64,000 nt of DNA from an uncultured Bacilli bacterium (GTDB lineage Bacteria > Bacillota_I > Bacilli_A > RF39 > UBA660). Both the position numbers and the translations under genes were made by a program. The DNA is taken from positions 223-64,222 of the forward strand of contig CANRLP010000001.1 of the NCBI GenBank assembly GCA_947631515.1, read 5' to 3'. The notes beneath the pieces were generated by a model. That model made no database searches, was not told the DNA's origin, and was given only the letters and a program-made list of their open reading frames with translations. This document shows, piece after piece, positions 20,701-29,798 of this stretch; within the stretch, counting starts at the first letter, position 1, and each line of letters starts with the position of its first letter.

Positions 20701-21010
20701 TAGCAATAACAATATAATGACCATTTTCTATTAAACGTAAAGTTTCTAACCGCTTGATTTGTAAATCAGGTGAGGTAGCTAAAGCAACTGAAGATAAAAA
20801 ATCATCCATGGGAAAAAGCAGGACATTGTTTGTATACGTACTAAGTCCTGAAAAAATACGGTTACTTTCATAAAGAGAATTTGTTACTACTAATATATTT
20901 TCTTGATATTTATTAAACATCGCTAAAATATAAAGAAGATTAAGCTCATTAGTTAAACCTGTAACCTGAATATTCTTATCTAATTTGAAATTTTTAGTTA
21001 ACCAGTCCAT
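17786..21010 (-). CDS. mfd: transcription-repair coupling factor
   Basis: GDVGFGKTEVA, DEEQRFGV, TTIIETGIDIPNANT helicase motifs. UvrB-homology N-terminus. 1074 aa. Confidence 0.95.
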   Translation of the reverse strand: MDWLTKNFKLDKNIQVTGLTNELNLLYILAMFNKYQENILVVTNSLYESNRIFSGLSTYTNNVLLFPMDDFLSSVALATSPDLQIKRLETLRLIENGHYIVIANLNGYLKFLAPLSQKKVENIKKNQEFNRDKLVEVLEEFGYTKDSIVTSTGTYAIRGFILDVFLIEEEHPLRFEFFGNTIESIRYFDENTQLSLHETDSISIYPFKELVSDKHSSLLEYLHDPILIYYDYQQIKAGYLKLSNDILEYKENNEDFKETNFMFDFADLQSKKIVYLESLNNTQNKDYPISKYNSKDIENFNSNYDLLQEKVNIWLAQKKQVIFCLSKESQKKQILYLFPTAVIKENPEKDNITIIMHKLNKGFQFDNYIVLSEFDIENVKNEQIKYRNTLKIGKKLNSINNLKLGDYVVHRSHGIGIYNGVVTLNQKGMLKDFIQINYFGNDKVYIPVEKISTIFKYTDNDGVKPKINKLNSTSWEIKKRQVQKKIRDISEELMKLYAIRSNTKGIAYKDYPEEDIFASLFPYEETKDQLRAIEEVQNDLRSQVPMDRLLCGDVGFGKTEVAFRAIFKTVLNNKQVLYLCPTTILSKQQYTSALNRFKSYPIEIALLNRFTTTKEVKKILDDLKMGKIDILFGTHRLLSNDIVCKDLGLLVVDEEQRFGVTHKEKIKQFKNDINVLTLSATPIPRTLKMAMSGLRDLSIIDTAPINRYPVQTYVTSENDLIIKDAIYKELSRKGQIFILYNKVASIEEFCDRIRLIIPEARVSFAHGQMTKKELDSIMESFINQDFDILVCTTIIETGIDIPNANTLIIYDADHFGLSQLYQLRGRVGRSDRIAYAYLLYDKKKVLNDIAIKRLQAIKDFTELGSGYRIAMRDLSLRGAGDILGSEQAGFVDSVGISLYMRMIDEEIKRLNGEEVEDEDNDSKSLVNVSTHISDDYVSDEEVKIEIHQLINEVENKESLQRIKHILEDRFGKITEEIEIYMYEEWFEKLAKNLEITNVFQNERYIEIEIPEKYSSLIKGEKLFLESYNINPNFKFKYVNKKIIITLNLKPNDKHFLYSMVPLLEIILKDLENAK

Positions 21011-21011
21011 A

Positions 21012-21566
21012 TCAACCTCTACTATTATATTTGCTTATAGTTTTATCGAAACCATTTAGGACAAAAGATTCTATAATTTCTCCAAAAAGAGCCATATTAT
21101 CATTTAAATATTGTTGTTCTTTCTTGGAAAATTTACCTAGTACATAATTAATAGTATCTCCATTTTGATCATGAGATATACCAATTTTTAATCGTCCAAA
21201 AGATTGAGTATTTAAGGAATTTATAATTGATTTAATACCATTATGTCCTCCGGAAGAACTATTATTCTTTAATTTAAATTTTTCAAAAGGAAGGTCCATA
21301 TCATCTTGGATTATTAAAATATCTTCAGGTTTAATATTATAAAATTGGACAGCTTTTAAAACTGAATTTCCAGACAAATTCATAAAAGTTTGAGGTTTTA
21401 AAAAAAGAACCTTTTCCTCATTAATTTTTCCCATTTGATATAATCCATCAAACTTCTTTTTCCAATCATTATTATTTAAATATGCATCAAGAACCATAAA
21501 TCCGACATTGTGTCGAGTCATTTCATATTCTTTTCCTGGATTCCCTAGACCAACAATTAGTTTCAA
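21012..21566 (-). CDS. pth: peptidyl-tRNA hydrolase
   Basis: LIVGLGNPG.EY..TRHN.GF. Confidence 0.95.
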   Translation of the reverse strand: MKLIVGLGNPGKEYEMTRHNVGFMVLDAYLNNNDWKKKFDGLYQMGKINEEKVLFLKPQTFMNLSGNSVLKAVQFYNIKPEDILIIQDDMDLPFEKFKLKNNSSSGGHNGIKSIINSLNTQSFGRLKIGISHDQNGDTINYVLGKFSKKEQQYLNDNMALFGEIIESFVLNGFDKTISKYNSRG

Positions 21567-21571
21567 TCATA

Positions 21572-22279
21572 TCACTTCCTAAAAATATTTTTATAACTGG
21601 ATATATTTTCAATAAATAAAGGTGAGCAAATTTTAACACCATTATTTGCCCCTTTAATACATTTTAACAAAACTATATTAGCACTTTTATCGTTTTTTGT
21701 ATAAACAAATTGAATTTTTTTAGCTTTTATGTGATATTTTTCACATAAATATAATATTTCTTCTAATCTTTCAGGAAGATGAACTAAATAAAAACTACCT
21801 TTATTTTTTAAAGTATAACTAACTATACGAAATAAATCTTCTAAACATAAATTTATTTCATGTCGAGCAACAGCTTTAATTGAATTACTATTTATCAACG
21901 ATGAATTTTGGTATTTATAATAAGGTGGATTAGCTACTATAACATTAAAATTATTTCCCGGGAAATAATTTTGGATATTTTTTATATCATCATTAATTAT
22001 ATTTATTTGTTTTTCTTTATGATTTAACAAGATAGATTCTTGAGCTAATAAGCTGATTTCTTTTTGCAATTCAAAAGAAGTTATTTTGTTTTGAAAATAA
22101 TAAGATAATATTAATGAAACGGCACAATTTCCCCCACATAATTCCAGTATCTTATCATTTTTATTCACACTATCCACAAATTCTGCTAATAATATTGAAT
22201 CTAAAGAAAATTTAAAGTATTTCTCATTTTGGGCAATTTTAAAATTTTCATAATCATATAAGTCATTAATTACTTTCAT
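21572..22279 (-). CDS. SAM-dependent N6-adenine methyltransferase (YabB/TrmN6-like)
   Basis: VIVANPPYY (NPPY) motif. Synteny with yaaT and holB. Confidence 0.6.
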   Translation of the reverse strand: MKVINDLYDYENFKIAQNEKYFKFSLDSILLAEFVDSVNKNDKILELCGGNCAVSLILSYYFQNKITSFELQKEISLLAQESILLNHKEKQINIINDDIKNIQNYFPGNNFNVIVANPPYYKYQNSSLINSNSIKAVARHEINLCLEDLFRIVSYTLKNKGSFYLVHLPERLEEILYLCEKYHIKAKKIQFVYTKNDKSANIVLLKCIKGANNGVKICSPLFIENISSYKNIFRK

Positions 22280-23051
22280 TATTTAAATTTATCTCCACAA
22301 TTTCATTACCAGTATCAATTTTTATTTTACGATTTAATATATCAATTGCTGTTACTTTTCCCGATACTCCTTCAAAATTAACATTTGATCCAATACTAGG
22401 AAGTCCTTTACGAGCAATTTCATAACACTCATCTTCATATGCTAGACAACACAATAATCTCCCACAACAACCATTTATTTTGGCTGGATTTAAAGCTAAA
22501 TTTTGATTTTTGGCCATGTTCATTGAAACTGATTCAAGTGTTTTTAAAAAAGAACTACAACATAATTCTTTGCCACAAGAACCAATTCCTCCCACTAAAC
22601 TTGCTTTATCTCGAGCTCCTATTTGCCGTAATTCAATTCGAGTTCGATAAATGCTAGCTAATTTTTTGGTTAACTCTCGAAAATCAACTCGTTCATCAGA
22701 GGTAAAATTTAATAATAATTGTTTTCGATCAAAAGTAAAAGAAGAAGATAAAAAACGCATATCTAAATTTAATTCATTTGCTATTTTTTGAGCATTTTTT
22801 AAAGCTTGATCCGCATCTTTTAAATTTTTTAAATATTGCTTATAATCATCCTTTGTAGTTAAACGAATAATATTCTTTATATTGTCTAAAGAACCTATTT
22901 TGTTTTGCTCAACTTTTTCTACGACTTTACCATATTGTAAACCTTTTTCGGTCTCTACAATAACATTAACATTTAAGTGAATATTTATGTTTGAGGCATT
23001 AAAATAATATACTTTCCCATGATCATTAAATTTAACTCCGTAGATATTCAT
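22266..23051 (-). CDS. ricT: PSP1-domain stage 0 sporulation protein YaaT/RicT
   Basis: YGVKFNDHGKVYYFNA...VIVETEKGLQYGKVV matches the PSP1 C-terminal domain. Downstream of holB. Confidence 0.8.
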   Translation of the reverse strand: MNIYGVKFNDHGKVYYFNASNINIHLNVNVIVETEKGLQYGKVVEKVEQNKIGSLDNIKNIIRLTTKDDYKQYLKNLKDADQALKNAQKIANELNLDMRFLSSSFTFDRKQLLLNFTSDERVDFRELTKKLASIYRTRIELRQIGARDKASLVGGIGSCGKELCCSSFLKTLESVSMNMAKNQNLALNPAKINGCCGRLLCCLAYEDECYEIARKGLPSIGSNVNFEGVSGKVTAIDILNRKIKIDTGNEIVEINLNNESN

Positions 23052-23052
23052 T

Positions 23053-23874
23053 TTAATCCTCCAATCTTAACACAAAATCATCCAATAATAAGTTTATATT
23101 TATATTATAATTCATTTTATCTAATAGTTCATTAACCAATTGAATTCTTTTTAAAATCTCTTTTGGTTGTAATTTTTGTAATTTAGTTAAACTTTCATAA
23201 TCCAAAACCCCATTTAACAGATGCAAATAAAATTGTAATATAATTTGAAACATTTCCATTATTTCCGATTTTTCATACTTTTTTTCGATTATTTTTTTAT
23301 TTACTACAATACTTTTATTTTTTAATATTTCAATATCATATAAATAAGAAATTGCGAAATTGACCAACTCTTCCGACCAATGAAAATCATTTAATATATA
23401 ATTAGCTTTTATAATTTCACAACGACTTTTTATTGTTGATATAACATTTTCTTTATTATTTGTAATTAAAAAACCTACTGTATTTTTTAAAGGTTCTTCG
23501 ATAAATTTTAACATAGTATTAGCCGAAAAAGCATTGAATTTTTCCGCATCATTTATAATATAAACATTATATTTACTTATATAGGGTATATGAGAAAAAG
23601 TCATTTTCAAATTTTCCATTTGTTGTTTTTTAATAGCTTGTCCATCAGGATAAATAACTTCTAAAGTAGGAAGATTATTGGTATCTACTAAATGACATAT
23701 ATTACATTTATTACAATTTTCTTGATAATTATTAGGACAATCCATTATCTTTATTAAATTTAATATATCTAGTAAAGCATTTTCTTTAGCATTTGTTTCC
23801 ACCAAAAAAACATGAGAAAGCTTATTCTCACGGAATTTATCAACCAATTTTTTAATACTATCATTTTGTATCAT
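23053..23874 (-). CDS. holB: DNA polymerase III delta' subunit
   Basis: AAA+ clamp-loader fold with zinc-binding CxxC...C segment. Synteny. Confidence 0.8.
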   Translation of the reverse strand: MIQNDSIKKLVDKFRENKLSHVFLVETNAKENALLDILNLIKIMDCPNNYQENCNKCNICHLVDTNNLPTLEVIYPDGQAIKKQQMENLKMTFSHIPYISKYNVYIINDAEKFNAFSANTMLKFIEEPLKNTVGFLITNNKENVISTIKSRCEIIKANYILNDFHWSEELVNFAISYLYDIEILKNKSIVVNKKIIEKKYEKSEIMEMFQIILQFYLHLLNGVLDYESLTKLQKLQPKEILKRIQLVNELLDKMNYNININLLLDDFVLRLED

Positions 23875-23881
23875 ATAACAC

Positions 23882-24100
23882 CTATCTTACTATGAAAAAC
23901 ATGGCTATTAAAGAAACTAATCCAGGAACTCCCAAAACTGTAATAGTCGAAATTGTAAATAAATTTATTGGAATTACTACGTTGAAAGAATTTACTAATA
24001 AATTCAATCCGTATAATAATAAAAATGCAAAAATAACTTTTTTAACAACATTCAATAGTTTATTAATCATAAGATCACCTATAAAACTATATGTTGACAA
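23882..24100 (-). CDS. bofA: pro-sigma-K processing inhibitor BofA
   Basis: Two-TM 72-aa protein. VIPINLFTISTITVLGVPGLVSLIA aligns to BofA (HVPINLVTTAISGILGIPGIAAL). Position after recR. Confidence 0.7.
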   Translation of the reverse strand: MSTYSFIGDLMINKLLNVVKKVIFAFLLLYGLNLLVNSFNVVIPINLFTISTITVLGVPGLVSLIAMFFIVR

Positions 24101-24109
24101 GCTATCAAT

Positions 24110-24712
24110 TTATTCGGAAATTTGTTTACGATCATCTAAGGCTGTTTTTAAAGTAATCACATCGATATAATCTATATCAGCACCCATTGGTATACCATAA
24201 GCAAGTCTTGATATAACTACTTCTTTGCCTTCAAAAATTTTTTTTATAAATAATGTAGTTGTTTCTCCTTCAATGCTTGGTTTTAAAGCTAATATTAATT
24301 CTGGATGGTCTAATTTTTCTACTCTATTTATTAAACTTGATAAATTAATGTCTTCATAACCTATTCCCTCTGTTGGAGATATTAATCCATTAAGAACATG
24401 ATAAGTTCCTTGAAAGTTACCTACTTTTTCAAAAGTAAAAACACTTTTAGAATCTTCAATAACACATATTAAATTTTTATCCCGATTTTCATCTTTACAA
24501 ATATCACAAATTTCTTGATCTGTTAAATGTCCACAAATACTACAAGGACGCAATTTTTCTTTTGCATCTACCAAAGAATTACTAAAATCTTTTATTTGGT
24601 CATCGGATAGTTCTAATGTTGCTAAAGCTAATCTTTCGGCACTTTTTTCCCCAATACCTGGTAATTTTTTATAAAATTCAATAATAGATTCTAATTTTTT
24701 GGGGTAAATCAT
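24110..24712 (-). CDS. recR: recombination protein RecR
   Basis: LPGIGEKSAERLA HhH, C4 zinc finger, Toprim. Confidence 0.95.
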   Translation of the reverse strand: MIYPKKLESIIEFYKKLPGIGEKSAERLALATLELSDDQIKDFSNSLVDAKEKLRPCSICGHLTDQEICDICKDENRDKNLICVIEDSKSVFTFEKVGNFQGTYHVLNGLISPTEGIGYEDINLSSLINRVEKLDHPELILALKPSIEGETTTLFIKKIFEGKEVVISRLAYGIPMGADIDYIDVITLKTALDDRKQISE

Positions 24713-24714
24713 TG

Positions 24715-25044
24715 CTAAAATAAACCACCTAAACCAGATCCAAGAGAACCCATTTTATCTTCTATTTCTTTATCAACTTTAGTTAAAGCATCCTTAATAG
24801 CTATTTGAATCATGTCTTCAAGCATTTCCACATCGTCTTCTTCATAAGCTCTTTTTGATATTTTAATTGAAACTAATTCTTTTTTACCATTAAATACTAC
24901 ATCCACAAATTCACTTTTGCCTTCAAATAATGTTTTATCAATTTCATCTTTCTTTTTTTGTAAATCTCTTTGCATTTTTTGAGCTTGAGCCATTAAATTT
25001 TGCATATTCATAATTAAATTTCCTTCTTTCTTATTGAATTTCAA
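24715..25044 (-). CDS. ebfC: nucleoid-associated protein YbaB/EbfC
   Basis: ~109 aa with MQ.L..QAQKMQ and C-terminal GLF. Between dnaX and recR. Confidence 0.9.
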   Translation of the reverse strand: MKFNKKEGNLIMNMQNLMAQAQKMQRDLQKKKDEIDKTLFEGKSEFVDVVFNGKKELVSIKISKRAYEEDDVEMLEDMIQIAIKDALTKVDKEIEDKMGSLGSGLGGLF

Positions 25045-26701
25045 CTTTTTCTTGATTGAATATATTTATTATATCACTAGATTTTAATTCTTGGTGATTT
25101 TCTTCATTTGTATTTTTATTTTGGAATGTTTCTTTCAAAGTAGGTTCTTCTTGTATTTTATATTTATAATTATTTTTTAAATTTTCCATATATATATTTT
25201 TTTCTTTTTCCCATTGATTAAGGGATAAAGCTAAAAATTTTTTATTTGTATGAAATAAATTTTCATATTCTTGTTCAATTTGTTTTAAAGAGTAATTGAA
25301 TCTTTCTGCTACAGTTTTTTGGGAACTAGCCACAATATTTATATCATCTGATGCCAAGACAATATTACAATCAATAATAATTGCTTTTAGTTCAGGCGAA
25401 CTTATGTTTGTAATAAAATTTTGCCAATTATCTTTAGCTTTTTGTAAATGATTTTTATCAGCTTGAGCAAAGCAATTATTAATTCGAATAGGAATTAACT
25501 TTTCCAAATATTCAGGATTAATATTAGATGTTTCACGTGAAACATTATCTTTAATAGTTTCAACTTCTTTTTTTGGAACATTCTTTATTGGATTATCTTT
25601 AATTATTTTATCATCAGTTTCTGAGTGAGATATTGGTTTATTTATCATTGATTCTTTTGTAGTCATTTTATCTGCAAATATCATAAAAATTAACAAAAAT
25701 GGATCAATATTTATATTTATTTTATTTAATAAATCATTAAGTTCAAAAACTATATTTTTTATTTCATTATAATTAATATTATCATTTTTATTTTTAAAAT
25801 TTAAAGCTTTTATAAACAACTTATCAACTAATTTTTTTATAAAGGTTTTATAATCAACAGAACTTTGTTGTAGATTTTCAAAAATATTTTGAATTTGTTG
25901 AAAATCATTATTTAAATAAGCATCAATGATAGAATTTATTTGAATTAGTGAAACAGATCCATAATTATTTAAAACTGATTCTAATGTTATTGTAGCTTCA
26001 CTTGTTGATAACTGATTTAAAATACTTAAAGCATCTCTTAATCCACCCTCTGCTAAGTAAGTAATTTCTTTTAGAGCATCATCAGTTATTTCTATTTTTT
26101 CTTTTTGACATACATTTTTTAAATGATTAAAAATATCTTCATCAGTTATTTTTTTGAAATCATATCTTTGACAACGAGATAAAATAGTTATTGGTACACT
26201 TTCAATATTAGTTGTTGCTAAAATAAAAATTACATGTTTAGGTGGTTCTTCTAATGTTAATAACAAAGCATTAAAAGCACTTTGTGAAAGCATATGAACT
26301 TCATCTATAATATATACTTTATATTTACTAAATGAAGGAGTTATTTTAACATTATTAATAAGTTCTCTTATTTCATCAACTCCATTATTAGATGCGGCAT
26401 CTATCTCGATGATATCAGCATTTTGATTTATATTTTGACAATTAATACATGTTCCACATGGAACACCATTTTGTGGATTCTCACAATTAATTGTTTTTGC
26501 AAAAATCTTAGCTGTACTAGTTTTTCCTGTTCCTCTGGGTCCAGTAAAAATATAAGCATGAGATAATTTATTATTAATAATTGCATTTTTTAACATTTTT
26601 ATCGTAAATTTTTGACCAATAATTTCGTCAAAATTAGTTGGACGATATTTTCTATAAAGTACCTTATAATCTGTTTCCATAAGCTTTTTCCTCACCAGCA
26701 T
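25031..26701 (-). CDS. dnaX: DNA polymerase III subunit tau/gamma
   Basis: GPRGTGKTS Walker A, zinc module C..C..C.C, IIDEVHML. Confidence 0.95.
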   Translation of the reverse strand: MLVRKKLMETDYKVLYRKYRPTNFDEIIGQKFTIKMLKNAIINNKLSHAYIFTGPRGTGKTSTAKIFAKTINCENPQNGVPCGTCINCQNINQNADIIEIDAASNNGVDEIRELINNVKITPSFSKYKVYIIDEVHMLSQSAFNALLLTLEEPPKHVIFILATTNIESVPITILSRCQRYDFKKITDEDIFNHLKNVCQKEKIEITDDALKEITYLAEGGLRDALSILNQLSTSEATITLESVLNNYGSVSLIQINSIIDAYLNNDFQQIQNIFENLQQSSVDYKTFIKKLVDKLFIKALNFKNKNDNINYNEIKNIVFELNDLLNKININIDPFLLIFMIFADKMTTKESMINKPISHSETDDKIIKDNPIKNVPKKEVETIKDNVSRETSNINPEYLEKLIPIRINNCFAQADKNHLQKAKDNWQNFITNISSPELKAIIIDCNIVLASDDINIVASSQKTVAERFNYSLKQIEQEYENLFHTNKKFLALSLNQWEKEKNIYMENLKNNYKYKIQEEPTLKETFQNKNTNEENHQELKSSDIINIFNQEKVEIQ

Positions 26702-26725
26702 TTATTATAACATAAAAAGTTATAA

Positions 26726-27151
26726 TTACCTTTTATTTTTAAAAAAAGTTGTTAATATTTGTTGATAATTACTAATAAATTTTTCATTGTCTTTATATAT
26801 CATTTCAGTTTTATCATATTCCTTTTTATTTTCAGGTTTATTCAAATAATAATAGACACATTTTATTCGACTTTGTTTAATAATATTGTTACACATGGAA
26901 CATGGTTTTAATGATACATACATTGAGCAATCACTTAAATTCCATCTTTTTAATTTTTTTGCAGCTTTTTTAATAGCAATTACTTCGGCATGAGCAGTAA
27001 CATCATGCAATTTTTCTCTTTTATTATAAGCCGAAGAGATAATTTTATTTTTATAGATAATTAAAGCAGATATAGGAACTTCTTTTCTTCGTGCGGCTTT
27101 TTGAGCTAATTTTATTAATTTTTTTAGAATTATATTTTCATTCATAATCAT
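26726..27151 (-). CDS. tadA: tRNA-specific adenosine deaminase
   Basis: HAEVIAI...PCSMC zinc motif. The ORF-track N-terminus (to 27292) overlaps the SRP RNA. Likely start is one of the ATGs at 27157, 27151 or 27145. Confidence 0.8.
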   Translation of the reverse strand: MIMNENIILKKLIKLAQKAARRKEVPISALIIYKNKIISSAYNKREKLHDVTAHAEVIAIKKAAKKLKRWNLSDCSMYVSLKPCSMCNNIIKQSRIKCVYYYLNKPENKKEYDKTEMIYKDNEKFISNYQQILTTFFKNKR

Positions 27152-27159
27152 CACCATAA

Positions 27160-27250
27160 AAAAAGTGCACACGAATAGGGATTGATATGGCTGCTGTCTT
27201 CCAACTCTGACCAGATTACAATATATCCGTTGCACTTTGTAATGATAACA
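27160..27250 (-). ncRNA. ffs: signal recognition particle RNA (small 4.5S type)
   Basis: Minus-strand CUGGUCAGAGUUGGAAGACAGCAGCCA matches SRP domain IV (CAGGUCAGGUCCGGAAGGAAGCAGCC). Closing helix AAAGUGCA/UGCACUUU. Position between gyrA and tadA-dnaX, as scr is in Bacillus. Confidence 0.7.
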
Positions 27251-27315
27251 TTTTATTATATTTAATGCAACATGTTTCACGTGGAACATCAATTATAATT
27301 TAATTTATTTTTACT

Positions 27316-27344
27316 AAAAAAAATATGTTTCACGTGAAACATAT
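27316..27344 (-). terminator. gyrA intrinsic terminator (perfect palindrome ATATGTTTCACGTGAAACATAT plus U-run)
   Basis: The hairpin starts 1 nt after the gyrA stop and is followed by 8 T on the minus strand. Confidence 0.7.
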
Positions 27345-29789
27345 TTAATCTATTTCTTCATTTTCTATAGATTCTTCAGTTTTATCAACCAAACTTAAAG
27401 TAGAAACTTGTTGATTATCTTTTAAATTTATTAAACGTACACCTTGAGTTACCCGGCCTAATACATTAATTTGATCTAATGGAACTCTTATAATCATTCC
27501 AGTATCGGTTACTATAATCAAATCATGATTTTCTTTTGCTAGTTTAAATGCTGCCATATCACCATTTTTATCAGTAATATTTAAAGCTTTGACACCTTTA
27601 CTTCCTCTCTTAGTTTGTCGATATTCACGAACATTTGTTTGCTTGCCATAACCTTTTTTCGTTACTATAATCAAAGAATCATTATCAGTAGCTTTTTCGG
27701 CACCAATACAAGTACTTCCTTCTAAAGTTATACCTTTAACTCCACTAGCAGTTCGCCCCATAACTCTTACTTCATCTTCGGAAAATTTAACCATTCTACC
27801 ATTGCTAGATCCTAATAAAATTGAATCATTTCCTGTAGTCTTTTGAACTGATATTAATTCATCATTATCTTTTAAACTAATACAAATTTTACCGCTTGTT
27901 CGAATATTTTCGAATTCGCTAATAGCAGTTCTTTTTACAATTCCTTGTTTTGTTGCAAAAAGTAAATATTTTGCAGAATCTTCTCTTTGAATACTTAAAA
28001 TAGAATTAATTTTTTCTTCTTTATCAATTTGAAGTAAGTTAATAATAGGTAATCCCTTAGATTGACGACTAAATTCAGGAATTTCATAACCTTTTAATCT
28101 ATAAACCTTTCCTTTATTTGTAAAGAACAAAATGTAATCATGAGTAGATAATGATTCTAAATGTTCAACAAAATCTTCTTCATTTGTATTCATACCCTTA
28201 ACACCTACACCACCACGTCTTTGTGATTTAAATGTATCAGCTGTTGTTCTTTTAATATAACCATTATGTGTAAGAGCAATCATTATATCTTGTTCTGGAA
28301 TTAAAGATTCATCTTCAATAAATTCAATTGCTGACATATCAATATTTGTTCTTCTTTCATCAGCGTATTTATTTTTAATTTCAATCAATTCTTCACGTAT
28401 GATGGCCAATACTTTTTCTTCGCTAGCCAAAATACTACGATATTCATCAATAGCCTTCAATAAATCAGCAAGTTCATTTTCAATTTTATCTCTTTCTAAA
28501 CCAGTTAAACGACGTAATCTCATATCTAAAATAGCTGTAGCTTGAATATCATCAAGTCCAAATCTACTCATTAATTGTTCTTTTGCCACTACATCTGTTT
28601 CAGCTTCTCTAATTATTTTAATTACTTCATCTAAATTATCTAAAGCAATTTTCAAGCCTTCTAAAATATGAACACGCTCTTCAGCTTTATTTAAATCATA
28701 TTTTGTACGACGAATAATAATTTCTTTTTGATAATCAATATATTTAACTATTATATCTTTAAGAGGCAATATTTTTGGACTTTTTTGATCAATCATTAAG
28801 AAATTAATACCATAAGTTGTTTGAAGTTGAGTATATTTATATAAATTATTAAGTACTACATTAGCATTAGCATCCTTTTTTATGTAAATAACTACTCGTA
28901 CGGGATTTTCTAAATTTGATTCCTCATGAATGTCACTAATTCCATCAATAATTTTATCACGAACTAATTCGCCAATTCTTGTTTGAAATTCGGCTTTATT
29001 TACTTTATAAGGAAGAGCTGTAACAATAATTCTTGTCTTTCCATTAACTTCTTCTATATTCGCTGTACCTCGAATAGTTATTGAACCTCTACCAGTTTCA
29101 TAAGCTTTCTTAATTCCACTATTTCCTAAAATACTAGCACCTGTTGGAAAATCTGGACCTTTAATATATTGCATAAGCCCATCTGTATCAATATCAGGAT
29201 TATCTATATATGCAACACATCCATCAACAACCTCTCCTAAATTATGAGGTGGAATATTTGTAGCCATTCCAACTGCAATACCCATTGTTCCATTAACTAA
29301 TATATTAGGAAATCTACTTGGTAAAATAGTTGGTTCATTTTCTGTTTCATCAAAGTTTGGAACAAAATCAACAGTATTTTTATTTAAATCTCGAACCATT
29401 TCCAAAGATAGTTTTGATAACCGAGCTTCGGTATAACGCATGGCTGCGGCACCATCACCATCCATATTACCAAAATTTCCGTGACCATCAACTAACATGT
29501 GGCGATAAGTAAAATTTTGGGCCATTCCAACCATTGCTTCATAAATGGAAGAATCACCATGAGGATGATATTTACCCATAACATCTCCAACTACTCTCGC
29601 ACTCTTACGATGAGGTTTATCGGGAGTATATCCTGCTTCAAACATTGAATACAAAATACGACGATGTACCGGTTTTAATCCATCACGTAAATCGGGGATT
29701 GCACGAGCAACAATAACACTCATGGAATAACGAATAAAAGAATTTTTGAATTCTGATACAATATTATTTTCTACAATTTTATCCATCAA
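27345..29789 (-). CDS. gyrA: DNA gyrase subunit A
   Basis: [15 protein letters not shown], active-site YxxT region (MRYTEARL), C-terminal beta-pinwheel repeats. Confidence 0.97.
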   Translation of the reverse strand: MMDKIVENNIVSEFKNSFIRYSMSVIVARAIPDLRDGLKPVHRRILYSMFEAGYTPDKPHRKSARVVGDVMGKYHPHGDSSIYEAMVGMAQNFTYRHMLVDGHGNFGNMDGDGAAAMRYTEARLSKLSLEMVRDLNKNTVDFVPNFDETENEPTILPSRFPNILVNGTMGIAVGMATNIPPHNLGEVVDGCVAYIDNPDIDTDGLMQYIKGPDFPTGASILGNSGIKKAYETGRGSITIRGTANIEEVNGKTRIIVTALPYKVNKAEFQTRIGELVRDKIIDGISDIHEESNLENPVRVVIYIKKDANANVVLNNLYKYTQLQTTYGINFLMIDQKSPKILPLKDIIVKYIDYQKEIIIRRTKYDLNKAEERVHILEGLKIALDNLDEVIKIIREAETDVVAKEQLMSRFGLDDIQATAILDMRLRRLTGLERDKIENELADLLKAIDEYRSILASEEKVLAIIREELIEIKNKYADERRTNIDMSAIEFIEDESLIPEQDIMIALTHNGYIKRTTADTFKSQRRGGVGVKGMNTNEEDFVEHLESLSTHDYILFFTNKGKVYRLKGYEIPEFSRQSKGLPIINLLQIDKEEKINSILSIQREDSAKYLLFATKQGIVKRTAISEFENIRTSGKICISLKDNDELISVQKTTGNDSILLGSSNGRMVKFSEDEVRVMGRTASGVKGITLEGSTCIGAEKATDNDSLIIVTKKGYGKQTNVREYRQTKRGSKGVKALNITDKNGDMAAFKLAKENHDLIIVTDTGMIIRVPLDQINVLGRVTQGVRLINLKDNQQVSTLSLVDKTEESIENEEID

Positions 29790-29798
29790 CTACACCTC

